Assembly (NCBI GenBank): GCA_045546715.1
Contig: JAZQDI010000015.1
Location: 1-56,413 of the forward strand
DNA length: 56,413 nt
Reading direction: 5' to 3'
Source of the DNA: Oscillospiraceae bacterium
GTDB taxonomy: Bacteria; Bacillota; Clostridia; Oscillospirales; Oscillospiraceae
The notes under the pieces were generated by a model, which searched no databases, was not told the origin of the DNA, and saw only the letters and a list, made by a program, of their open reading frames with translations. The position numbers and the translations under genes were made by a program. Every line of letters begins with the position of its first letter. Position 1 is the stretch's first letter. Shown here one piece after another: positions 8,723 to 16,974 of the stretch.

Positions 8723-9643
8723 TTACTTCCTTTTTCTCTCAGGCCTGTTCCGGCCCGAAATTGTCCGGATCACGATCCATAGCAGTAATACAAATACTAC
8801 AGCAACGCTGATCCACAGCCACAGCGGCAATCCCAGAAATCTTTCCGCCTGACTAATCAGGCCAGTACCGCGATTGACTCGCGGCGCCTCCTCTTCCGGG
8901 AGGAAAGTCTCGTCCGTCAGCTTTCCGATCAGCATATACCGACCGTTGGTAATGGTACTGGTACAGGTGGAAAGCTGAATAATCTGATCCTCTGTCGTAA
9001 CGGGAATGTCCCGTCGAAAAATGGCAGTAGAATCAATCAGATCAAGGAAAGCCTGCCGATGCGCAGGATCAGTTGCCGGAGCAAACAGAGTTTCATCATA
9101 CGCATCAGTGAGCACCAAAGCAAAGAATTGAATGCCGTGATCCTTCCCCATGAAGAACAAATTTCCGTATGGGTGGGAATCAAAATATTCCTGCTCAGCA
9201 AAGTCACTGAGACTGCCGAACATTCGCTTCTTTTCCATATGGTGACCATAGATAACGCTGTTGAAATCGTCAAACGCAGGGCTGTTTCTGTAATCCAGAA
9301 AAATGGAGCCGGATAACGTGTAAGCGCCCTCGGCGTTGGTGTTAATGTACTTTTCATTGTCTCCCGCCTGAGCCATCGGGTAATCAATCGGCGTATCGAT
9401 CACCGTTAACCAAGCAAAGACATCGGGATTGAGTCTCCGAAGCTCATCGAAGCTAACTGTGTCTTCCGCTGAGGGACGATATGCGGCATAGCGGGCCGCG
9501 TCCGCCTGCTGATATACCTGATTGGAGTCCCAGAGGGAGTACGCGCCAAAGAGCAGCATAACGCACAGAACGATTTCGATTGCAATATCCGTTACCCGAT
9601 CAATGGCTCTGACGGCTTGGATGCCAAATCGTTCAAGCGTCAT
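8723..9643 (-). CDS. srtB: Class B sortase (pilus polymerase type)
   Basis: The SrtB signature is present: DTPIDYPMAQAGDNEKYINTN...GSIFLDYRN...VIYGHHM...MFGSL...QLSTCTS. There are N- and C-terminal TM segments. Confidence 0.85.
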   Translation of the reverse strand: MTLERFGIQAVRAIDRVTDIAIEIVLCVMLLFGAYSLWDSNQVYQQADAARYAAYRPSAEDTVSFDELRRLNPDVFAWLTVIDTPIDYPMAQAGDNEKYINTNAEGAYTLSGSIFLDYRNSPAFDDFNSVIYGHHMEKKRMFGSLSDFAEQEYFDSHPYGNLFFMGKDHGIQFFALVLTDAYDETLFAPATDPAHRQAFLDLIDSTAIFRRDIPVTTEDQIIQLSTCTSTITNGRYMLIGKLTDETFLPEEEAPRVNRGTGLISQAERFLGLPLWLWISVAVVFVLLLWIVIRTISGRNRPERKRK

Positions 9644-9759
9644 AAGTCATCTCTTCTCGCTTCTGACCGGTACGACCAATCCGGCCGGAGAGCACTTTCA
9701 TCTGGTTTGGATCGCCCGGTCTGCCCGAAAGACACGGGCAGACCGAATGATCAGGAAGT

Positions 9760-10842
9760 TCAGGCGTTATAAGCCTTCTTCTTGAGAGCGAGATAAGCAA
9801 CACCAGCTACGGCCACAAGGACGAGCAGCACGTAGGGCAGATTGTCAATGATCACACCAGTGGGGACGAGGTCATCGCGCTGGTTGTCGATTGAGACCGC
9901 TTCCTTCTTTACGATGGGGCCATTACCGGCAACATCAGTACGGTCACCAGCAACATAAGCGGTATCCTCAGTCTTAACAGAACCGGTAATCATGCTCTTA
10001 TACTCGCTGGCCTGCTTCTCGCTCACGGTGAAGGTGGTACCAGCAGGCAGCTTCTTGAACTCGATCTTTCCGCCATCGGCAAGATTCGCCGTGACGGTCG
10101 CGGTGGTATCGCTGGTCCAGGTGACCGTGGCGCCCTCAGCAACGACAACATCATCCTTGCTGGCAACCTTCGCGCTAGGAATCTCAATTTTCACAGTAAC
10201 AGGGAAGGTCTTCTCCTTGTTGCCGTAAGTACCGGAGATCGTCTTCGTGACGGTCAGCGCATCATCGACGACTTCCTTCAGAGTGTTCTCAAACAGGAAC
10301 TCGCTCTTCTGGTGCGTCGGGGTCTCGGTCGGGTCAACCTTAGCGCCGTTCTTTTCAACGGTCAGACCGTCAAAAGCCAGCTTGCCGTCAGCACCATTAA
10401 TCACGTATACACGCAGCGTGTAAGAACTCTGGTCCATAGTGAGAACCGCATTGTTCGCAGCAGGAGCGGCAGGAGTATCCTGTTTCTCCGTCACGGTCCA
10501 GGAATACTCACCAGCATGGCTGAACATGCCAATCGTGATAAAATCACCGAGGCAGATCGCGCCGGTAGCAAGATCATTTTCCTGCGCACCGACAGTGACA
10601 GTCTGATTCGCGATTGCAGGGCTGTCAGCGCCTTCGGAGTCCTTCAAAGAAGCAAACTCAAACACGAACTGATTCACAGTGCTGATATCAACACCGTCCG
10701 CCACATTCAGATCCTTCCGGAGGAAGGAAACATCCAGTCCATAAGTTTCAGCCTTGTCCGGTTCATCCGCGTAGGCAGAAAAAACGCCCAGCGCAAATAC
10801 GAGAACGAGAACCAAAAGAATACTAGTAATTCTCTTACTCAT
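9760..10842 (-). CDS. Major pilin (backbone subunit) with LVPTG sorting signal
   Basis: It has a signal peptide, a Thr/Val-rich beta-type sequence, and a C-terminal DDLVPTG plus TM plus KKKAYNA. It lies between the SipA-like gene and the sortase, as in FCT-type loci. Confidence 0.7.
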   Translation of the reverse strand: MSKRITSILLVLVLVFALGVFSAYADEPDKAETYGLDVSFLRKDLNVADGVDISTVNQFVFEFASLKDSEGADSPAIANQTVTVGAQENDLATGAICLGDFITIGMFSHAGEYSWTVTEKQDTPAAPAANNAVLTMDQSSYTLRVYVINGADGKLAFDGLTVEKNGAKVDPTETPTHQKSEFLFENTLKEVVDDALTVTKTISGTYGNKEKTFPVTVKIEIPSAKVASKDDVVVAEGATVTWTSDTTATVTANLADGGKIEFKKLPAGTTFTVSEKQASEYKSMITGSVKTEDTAYVAGDRTDVAGNGPIVKKEAVSIDNQRDDLVPTGVIIDNLPYVLLVLVAVAGVAYLALKKKAYNA

Positions 10843-10930
10843 TTTTCTTCTTTCCTTTCATCAAATAATAGGGTAATTTATAATCAAGCCGCGCATGGTC
10901 GTTTTGCGGCAGCTCAATTAACAAAAAATG

Positions 10931-11494
10931 TTATAAATTTCGGCGGCGAAATAAGCCAATCACCTTGCCGTCAATATCATTTTCATCAACACAGCCAAAC
11001 ACCCGGCTGTCAATCGCGTTTGGTCGATTATCCCCAAGCAGGAATACTTGTCCGGGGGGAACCGTCAGCGGAAATGTCACCTGGTTTTCAAACTGTGTGG
11101 TTTCGCCAAGCACTTCGGGTTCAACGATAACAGAACCGTTTATCTCGAGACCTTTGTCTGTTATATCAACGCTGTCTCCGGCCGTAGCTATGACTCGCTG
11201 CGGAAGCTTACGACCTTCATAAGTCACAACAACCATCTGATCAGATTGATAAGATTGAACAATGCGATAGTAAAACAGTAAATCTCCATCCTGAACTGCA
11301 GGCTGCATGTTCAGGCTCTGATTGCGGGCAAGACCAAAGATATATGAAAAAATCAGGACCGCAAGCAGACCAATCACTGCGAACTTCAGAAGGAGCATCA
11401 TCAGACTGCCGAAGAAGCTTGGCTTCCTACGTTTTGATTTTTGATCCATTGTTTGATCCGTCTGACTCACCTCTCCAAGCATATTTCCAAACAC
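10931..11494 (-). CDS. Signal peptidase I homolog lacking catalytic Ser/Lys (SipA/LepA-like pilus assembly factor)
   Basis: The S26 fold signature LLGDNRPNAIDSRVFG is present. The SM(x)PT box reads NMQPAV and the K-R-(V/I)-IG box reads QRVIATAGD. It is the first gene of the pilus operon. Confidence 0.7.
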   Translation of the reverse strand: MFGNMLGEVSQTDQTMDQKSKRRKPSFFGSLMMLLLKFAVIGLLAVLIFSYIFGLARNQSLNMQPAVQDGDLLFYYRIVQSYQSDQMVVVTYEGRKLPQRVIATAGDSVDITDKGLEINGSVIVEPEVLGETTQFENQVTFPLTVPPGQVFLLGDNRPNAIDSRVFGCVDENDIDGKVIGLFRRRNL

Positions 11495-11783
11495 AGAATA
11501 TACACATTTTATTTCTGATTAAGCGCTATGATCAATCACACTGATTAATTACCACTTTTAGTATAGCAAAGAAAAATCAACGTGTAAAGTTTGTTATGTT
11601 GACTAAATCCGTTATTTTGATAAAAAACATGATATTATTATAGAACAGACACAAAATGTAGTATCTTTTCATATTTTGTGATTATTTGTCATTTCATTGA
11701 ATCAGAGCGAAATATCTATCTTTTTACGATTTAATTTGATATGATTAAAAAGAAAATAGGATAACTGCGGAAAGGCAAAATGC
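11495..11783. promoter_or_regulatory. Very AT-rich divergent intergenic/promoter region
   Basis: About 290 bp, visibly far more AT-rich than anything else in the window. It separates the minus-strand pilus operon from the plus-strand HD/deaminase operon. A TTGACT element and several TATAAT-like elements are present. Confidence 0.5.
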
Positions 11784-12779
11784 ATGGACTTATTCATACC
11801 ATATCTAACGCAAATACCGGATTATTTGAAGAATGCCGCAGCAGCGCCGGAGATGCTGCGGCTGCGGGACGTCGGAATGAACTGCGGATGTGAATATACA
11901 TCGTTTCCGCGCTTTCAGAGACTTGCGCCATATTCCCGATTCGATCACAGTCTCGGTGTGGCGCTGATCGTCTGGCACTTCACGCAGGACCCCGCGCAGA
12001 CCCTCGCCGGACTGCTGCACGATATTGCGACTCCTGTTTTTGCTCATGTAATAGACTTTCTGAAAGGTGACTACATGGAACAAGAGGCCACCGAGGTCGG
12101 CACCGCAGAAATCATTGCCGCCTCCCCTGCCCTGCGCACTGTGCTGCGTGATCTAGGCCTGTCAGTCGAGGATGTATGCGACTATCACCGCTACCCAATC
12201 GCAGATAATCATGCGCCAAAACTTGCCGCTGATCGTTTGGAATACACACTTGGCAACTGTGTAAACTATCAAATCCGAACACCAGAGCGCGCGCTACAGT
12301 ACTATCGTGATCTGGTCGTCTCACAGAACGAGGACGGAGCCCCGGAGCTGGCATTTCAAAGCCGACACCTTGCTGAAGATTTCGCGTTTGCTGCGCTTTC
12401 CTGTTCCGAAATCTATGTCGCAGATGAGGATCGCTGGGCCATGCAGGAGCTTGCGGAACTGCTGCGTAATGCAATAGGCATCGGAGTCATTGCAGAGCGT
12501 GATTTCTTCACGACAGAGTCGGAAGTGATTGAAAAGCTGCTGAAGTCTCAATTGACCGAAGCTCGATGGAAATCTTTCCGCGCCATGAAAATGATAGAGC
12601 GAAGCGAGACGCCGAAAGATGATAGCTGGAAGATGATTCGCGCTAAGAAGCGGCGGATTGACCCCCTGATCGCAGGATACGGCAGAGTGAGCGAATACTC
12701 ACAGAAGTTCTCTGAAAAGCTTTCGGAATTTGAGAATCGAAGTCAGGATTACTGGATTCGAGCCAGAGCACGGAGGTAA
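11784..12779 (+). CDS. HD-domain phosphohydrolase (COG1078/SAMHD1-like family)
   Basis: HD metal-binding motifs are SRFDHSLGV (His about 11945) and LLHDIATP (HD at 12016..12021). The protein is 331 aa. Confidence 0.75.
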   Translation: MDLFIPYLTQIPDYLKNAAAAPEMLRLRDVGMNCGCEYTSFPRFQRLAPYSRFDHSLGVALIVWHFTQDPAQTLAGLLHDIATPVFAHVIDFLKGDYMEQEATEVGTAEIIAASPALRTVLRDLGLSVEDVCDYHRYPIADNHAPKLAADRLEYTLGNCVNYQIRTPERALQYYRDLVVSQNEDGAPELAFQSRHLAEDFAFAALSCSEIYVADEDRWAMQELAELLRNAIGIGVIAERDFFTTESEVIEKLLKSQLTEARWKSFRAMKMIERSETPKDDSWKMIRAKKRRIDPLIAGYGRVSEYSQKFSEKLSEFENRSQDYWIRARARR

Positions 12780-12783
12780 GTAC

Positions 12784-15225
12784 ATGACACAATTTGGTCA
12801 ATTCTGGTTGGACAAGGAAAAGGATATTGTGACAGAGCTGTATCGTGACGGCGAAACCCTGCATTATATCCTTCGCACACCGCACCATAACTCCGGCAAT
12901 CTCATTACCAATCTTGCGAAGCTCTGTGACCTCCCGCTCTCTGAGGACGAAAACGGACTCAAGGTAATCCGCGGCGAGATTCCCTGCTATGTCGACGGCG
13001 AAAACCGGAAGCTTTGGATCTTCCGCATGGGCAACACCAAAATCGCAAACATTTGGCCGGACGGCAGCGTGGAGATGAAGGCCTCTGTTCCCTCCATTTC
13101 CAAGGTGCTCATGAGTCAGACGAGAGACTATCAGCTGAGCGAAGCAAAAACTATCGTCAAAACTTATATTTTTAGCGACTGCAAATTTCACTCAGACCTG
13201 CACACGCACATGAGCGCAAATCTCGTGCCGGAGATTCTCATTGCACTCGGCATTCGGCATCAAATCCGCTATCCCCTTTATTACATCAAGAAGCTTCGTC
13301 TGCGCGTGACGCCGGAGCAGGAAAAGCAGCTGCTGGCTGACCGAGAAAAGGTGGCGAAGCAGTTTGTCGGCTCTCCGCTCACCGGAAAATACAGAGACCG
13401 AAAAATCGATGATCAATGCTTTCTGAATTTTGCGGAGCTGATTCTGAACAATCCTGCAGATGCGGAATACAACATCTCGAGAATCCGCATTTCTCTCGCC
13501 ATTCCGAAAGACGGGCAGGCCGTGTTTGCAGATCTGGAAAAAGTCTATCTTTATCGCTATGTGTTCACCAAGGGCGTACCCTCCGAACGGCAAATCACGC
13601 TGACCGACGACTTTTCGATCCCGAATCAGGAGGTTGCCGAGGCGCTGCATCAGATGCTGCAAGATTGCAATCATCCGGACTACTGCAGCAACACACTGTT
13701 TCAGAACAAGCTTCTCTGGATTGCACGATCGTACGCTCAAAATGGGATTTCCTACGCAGAGATTTCCGACACCGCGCTGTGCAAGTCCGGAGACGCTCCT
13801 CGTGTTCTGCAGGAAATTCACAAGGTAATGCCTGCGGTGACGCGGGAGACCGGCGTCACGCTCCGATTTCTCGCCGCAATCCGGCGCACGCCGCTGACCA
13901 TTGTGCGCGATCATGTGACGCCAAACGACTATCTGGCGGATAACTTGCGCACACTTCGCGCCGTGGCGGCCGACCCCTATGTTGCAGGAAGCGACATTGT
14001 GGGCGAGGAAATCAACGACATTTCGGAGCTGAAAAGCGTCATCCGAGAGCTCGTAAAAATCGCTGCCGAGGAACCTGACTTCGTCATACGGATTCATGCA
14101 GGTGAAAATGACAGTCTGCGAGACAATGTTGCGGAGAGCATTCGATGTGTTCGGGATGCGCTTGCGCCGGGACAGACCATGCCAAGGCTTCGCATCGGGC
14201 ACGGTCTGTACACGACAAATCTGCACTCCCCCGCCGGCACCCGTCTGCTGCGCGAAATCCGAGAGCAGCAAGTGGTACTTGAGTTTCAGATCACTTCCAA
14301 TGTACGGCTGAACAATCTCAGTGATCTCCGGCGTCATCCTCTGCGCGACTATCTTCACGCGGGCATTTTCTGCGTGCAGGGCACGGACGGCGGCGCCCTC
14401 TATGGAACGAATCCGATTGATGAACAGCTGAGTCTTGAAAAACTGCTTGGACTTACACATGCTGAATTGCTGCAAATGCGAAAAGCGGAGGACGCTATTA
14501 TAGCGAAAAGTCTGAGTGTATTTCATCGAAAGATTGCATCGTTTGCGAAAAACTGTTCCGAGAGTGTGGAATCATACTACCAGACTCAGATACAGAAAAC
14601 CGATCCGATTCAATCTGATTTATGGCTGAATGCCGGCAAACTAAAGTCCGCTGAAATCCTGAAAGCTCAAATTGAGCCGCTTCCTGACGAGGGTATTCCT
14701 GTTATCATTGCAGGCGGCAGCTTCAGCGGAGACCGCCGGACCGGGAAGCTCACAGAAGAAGGCAAGGAATTGATCGATCGACTGCTCGACCGCGCCGATC
14801 ATGAGCGCGTGTTCTTCGTCGTCGGCCATCGGATGAGCGGATACGAACGTTATCTTGTCGAGCAGAATCAGGGAAGATTTCTGATATACGCATTCGTCCC
14901 GACTGCACTCACGGCTTCTGAGTGTGACCGTCTGCAGCGAAGCGGCGTGAGAATCCGCCTGTCCATCGAAGCAAGCGGAAACGGTGTGTACAAAAGCTTC
15001 GCTTATGAGATTTTCAAGCGGCGAGACTCGGTTCTCATCGCCTTTGATGGAAAAAGCCCTGCCGCAAACCTCGTGCAGGAGGCGAAAAACGGCAGAGCAA
15101 AATGCAGGATTCTGATCAACGGACGCTCCCGCGCGCTGCGCGCAAAGGCCAGAGCCCTGGAGGGATACGTCACATTTCTGGAAAATCTGAGCGACCCGGC
15201 AGAAACAATTCTGAGCTGCATATAA
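12784..15225 (+). CDS. Multidomain adenosine/AMP-deaminase-fold protein (unknown N-domain + ADA-like amidohydrolase + C-terminal Rossmann/SLOG-like domain)
   Basis: Deaminase motifs appear in order: DLHTHM (13195..13212), IRIHAGEN (HAGE at 14095..14106), IGHG (14194..14205), FQITSN, and VQGTDGG (14379..14393). GGAGG lies 7 nt before ATG 12784, and the gap from the HD stop is 4 nt. The C-terminal 175 aa have alternating strand/helix patterns with Gly-rich loops: VIIAGGSFSG, FFVVGHRMSG, LIAFDGKSPAANLVQEA. Confidence 0.7.
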   Translation: MTQFGQFWLDKEKDIVTELYRDGETLHYILRTPHHNSGNLITNLAKLCDLPLSEDENGLKVIRGEIPCYVDGENRKLWIFRMGNTKIANIWPDGSVEMKASVPSISKVLMSQTRDYQLSEAKTIVKTYIFSDCKFHSDLHTHMSANLVPEILIALGIRHQIRYPLYYIKKLRLRVTPEQEKQLLADREKVAKQFVGSPLTGKYRDRKIDDQCFLNFAELILNNPADAEYNISRIRISLAIPKDGQAVFADLEKVYLYRYVFTKGVPSERQITLTDDFSIPNQEVAEALHQMLQDCNHPDYCSNTLFQNKLLWIARSYAQNGISYAEISDTALCKSGDAPRVLQEIHKVMPAVTRETGVTLRFLAAIRRTPLTIVRDHVTPNDYLADNLRTLRAVAADPYVAGSDIVGEEINDISELKSVIRELVKIAAEEPDFVIRIHAGENDSLRDNVAESIRCVRDALAPGQTMPRLRIGHGLYTTNLHSPAGTRLLREIREQQVVLEFQITSNVRLNNLSDLRRHPLRDYLHAGIFCVQGTDGGALYGTNPIDEQLSLEKLLGLTHAELLQMRKAEDAIIAKSLSVFHRKIASFAKNCSESVESYYQTQIQKTDPIQSDLWLNAGKLKSAEILKAQIEPLPDEGIPVIIAGGSFSGDRRTGKLTEEGKELIDRLLDRADHERVFFVVGHRMSGYERYLVEQNQGRFLIYAFVPTALTASECDRLQRSGVRIRLSIEASGNGVYKSFAYEIFKRRDSVLIAFDGKSPAANLVQEAKNGRAKCRILINGRSRALRAKARALEGYVTFLENLSDPAETILSCI

Positions 15226-15231
15226 AAGAGA

Positions 15232-15260
15232 ATACGCTTACCAATTGGTAAGCGTTTTCT
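15232..15260. terminator. Bidirectional terminator
   Basis: acgcttacc-aatt-ggtaagcgt followed by TTTTC. It lies between convergent genes. Confidence 0.7.
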
Positions 15261-15276
15261 TAATCTAAGGATAAAT

Positions 15277-16974
15277 TCAGTTTTCTTTGCCGCAGGGCGC
15301 AGCAGTTTTCGCAGCCTGCGCGTCTTTCTTCACAGCAGAATACAGCCGCCAGCCGCCGGCCAGGTGACGGCAGTCAAACCCCTCCTGCTCGAGAATGCGG
15401 CAGGCGATATAGCTGCGCAGCGCACTCTGGCAGATGAGATAGAGCGGTTTCTCTTTCGGCAGTTCAGAGAGCCGATCACGCAGATCATCGACCGGAATAT
15501 TGATTGCGCCTTCGGCGTGGCCGCGATCATACTCACCGGGTGTGCGCACGTCCACAAGACAGAGGCTCCCATCGCGCGCAAGCCCATCCAGCTCATCCCA
15601 ATAAAACTGCTTCACACGGCCCTCGATGAGGTTTTCAGCCATAAAGCCCGCCATGTTGACGGGGTCCTTGGCGGAGGAATACGGCGGTGCGTACGCCAAA
15701 TCCAGATCCTTCAGATCGATGACAGACACCCCCGCACGCAGCGCCGTCGCCAACACGTCCAAACGCTTGTCCACGCCGGAGCCGCCCACGATCTGCGCGC
15801 CGAGAAGACGGTTGGAGCCCTTTTCAAAAAGAACCTTCATCGTCATCATTTCGCCGCCGGGATAATAGCCCGCGTGGCTCATGGGAGAGAGATAAATTTT
15901 ATCATAGTCGAGTCCGGAAGCCTTCAGAGCTTTTTCATTCATGCCCGTAGAGGCGGCAGTAAGACCGAAGAGCTTGATGACGGAAGAACCCTGCGAACCC
16001 TTATAAGTGCTGTTCAGGCCGCAGATATTGTCCGCCGCGATACGCCCCTGCTTATTTGCAGGACCGGCAAGCGCAATGAGCGCAGGCTCATCCGAGACAA
16101 AATGGCGCACCTGCACGGCATCGCCCACGGCGTAGATGTCCTTGACCGAGGTCTCCATCCGGTCATTGACGAGAATGCTGCCCTTGACGCCAAGCTCCAG
16201 TCCCGCGTCTCTCGCAAGCGCGCTCTCCGGCTGAACGCCGATGGCAAGCACGACCAGATCCGCTGCGAAGCAGGGCTCGTCCTTCAGCAGGACACGAATC
16301 TCCTTTTCATCGGTCTCAAACCCAACAACGCTTCGTCCAAGCAGCAGCTGAACGCCGTTGGCACGAAGTTCGCCGTGGATAAACGCCGCCATTTCCGGAT
16401 CGATTGGGCTGAGCACCTGTTTTGGGCGCTGAATGATCGCAGCCTCCACACCGGCGTGGCGCAGATTTTCCGCAACTTCCAGACCAATAAACCCGCCGCC
16501 GATGACCGCGGCGCGCTTCGGCTGCGTTTTGGCGACGACCTCCCGAAGTGCAAACGTGTCCTCCACCGTGCGGAGCTTGAAGATGCGCTCCGAGTCAATG
16601 CCGGGGAGATCCGGCACAGTGGGTCTTGCGCCGGGCGCAAGAATCAGGCTGTCATAGGATTCCTCGAAGGACTCGCCTGTTTCCAGATTCGTAACCGAGA
16701 CAGTCTTTCGCTCCGGATGCAGCGCAGTGACATCGTGATGCACCTTCATCACAACGCGGAAGCGGGAGTAAAAACTCTCCGGGTCCTGCAGCGTGAGCTC
16801 TTCGGGATCCGTAATGACGCCGCCCACATAATAGGGCAGGCCGCAGTTTGCATAGGAAATATAGCCAGAACGCTCAAAGACAATAATTTCAGCATGCTCA
16901 TCCAACCGGCGGATTCTGGCAGCAGCCGTGGCGCCGCCGGCGACGCCGCCAACAATGACAACTTTGCGGCTCAT
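15277..16974 (-). CDS. CoA-disulfide reductase / NADH oxidase family flavoprotein with C-terminal rhodanese domain
   Basis: FAD motif VVIVGGVAGG, redox Cys SYANCGLPYY, and C-terminal rhodanese loop LICQSALRS. The start at 16974 overlaps the upstream stop (ATGA). Confidence 0.85.
   Translation of the reverse strand: MSRKVVIVGGVAGGATAAARIRRLDEHAEIIVFERSGYISYANCGLPYYVGGVITDPEELTLQDPESFYSRFRVVMKVHHDVTALHPERKTVSVTNLETGESFEESYDSLILAPGARPTVPDLPGIDSERIFKLRTVEDTFALREVVAKTQPKRAAVIGGGFIGLEVAENLRHAGVEAAIIQRPKQVLSPIDPEMAAFIHGELRANGVQLLLGRSVVGFETDEKEIRVLLKDEPCFAADLVVLAIGVQPESALARDAGLELGVKGSILVNDRMETSVKDIYAVGDAVQVRHFVSDEPALIALAGPANKQGRIAADNICGLNSTYKGSQGSSVIKLFGLTAASTGMNEKALKASGLDYDKIYLSPMSHAGYYPGGEMMTMKVLFEKGSNRLLGAQIVGGSGVDKRLDVLATALRAGVSVIDLKDLDLAYAPPYSSAKDPVNMAGFMAENLIEGRVKQFYWDELDGLARDGSLCLVDVRTPGEYDRGHAEGAINIPVDDLRDRLSELPKEKPLYLICQSALRSYIACRILEQEGFDCRHLAGGWRLYSAVKKDAQAAKTAAPCGKEN

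Noticed and set aside
12784-15225. Calling the large deaminase RADAR RdrB, CRISPR-associated Cad1, or Kongming KomA.
   Set aside because: No RdrA-like ATPase, CARF domain, CRISPR/cas genes, or HAM1/SIR2 partners are present in the window. Only the deaminase fold is shared, so assignment to a named system is not supported.
3790-15300. An integrase-mediated island with an attL/attR direct repeat of the ssrA 3' end.
   Set aside because: No integrase or recombinase ORF is present. The only shared string I found between the ssrA end and the far border is ACCAATTG (8 nt, partly palindromic), which is not convincing. The observation is kept only as a compositional island hypothesis.
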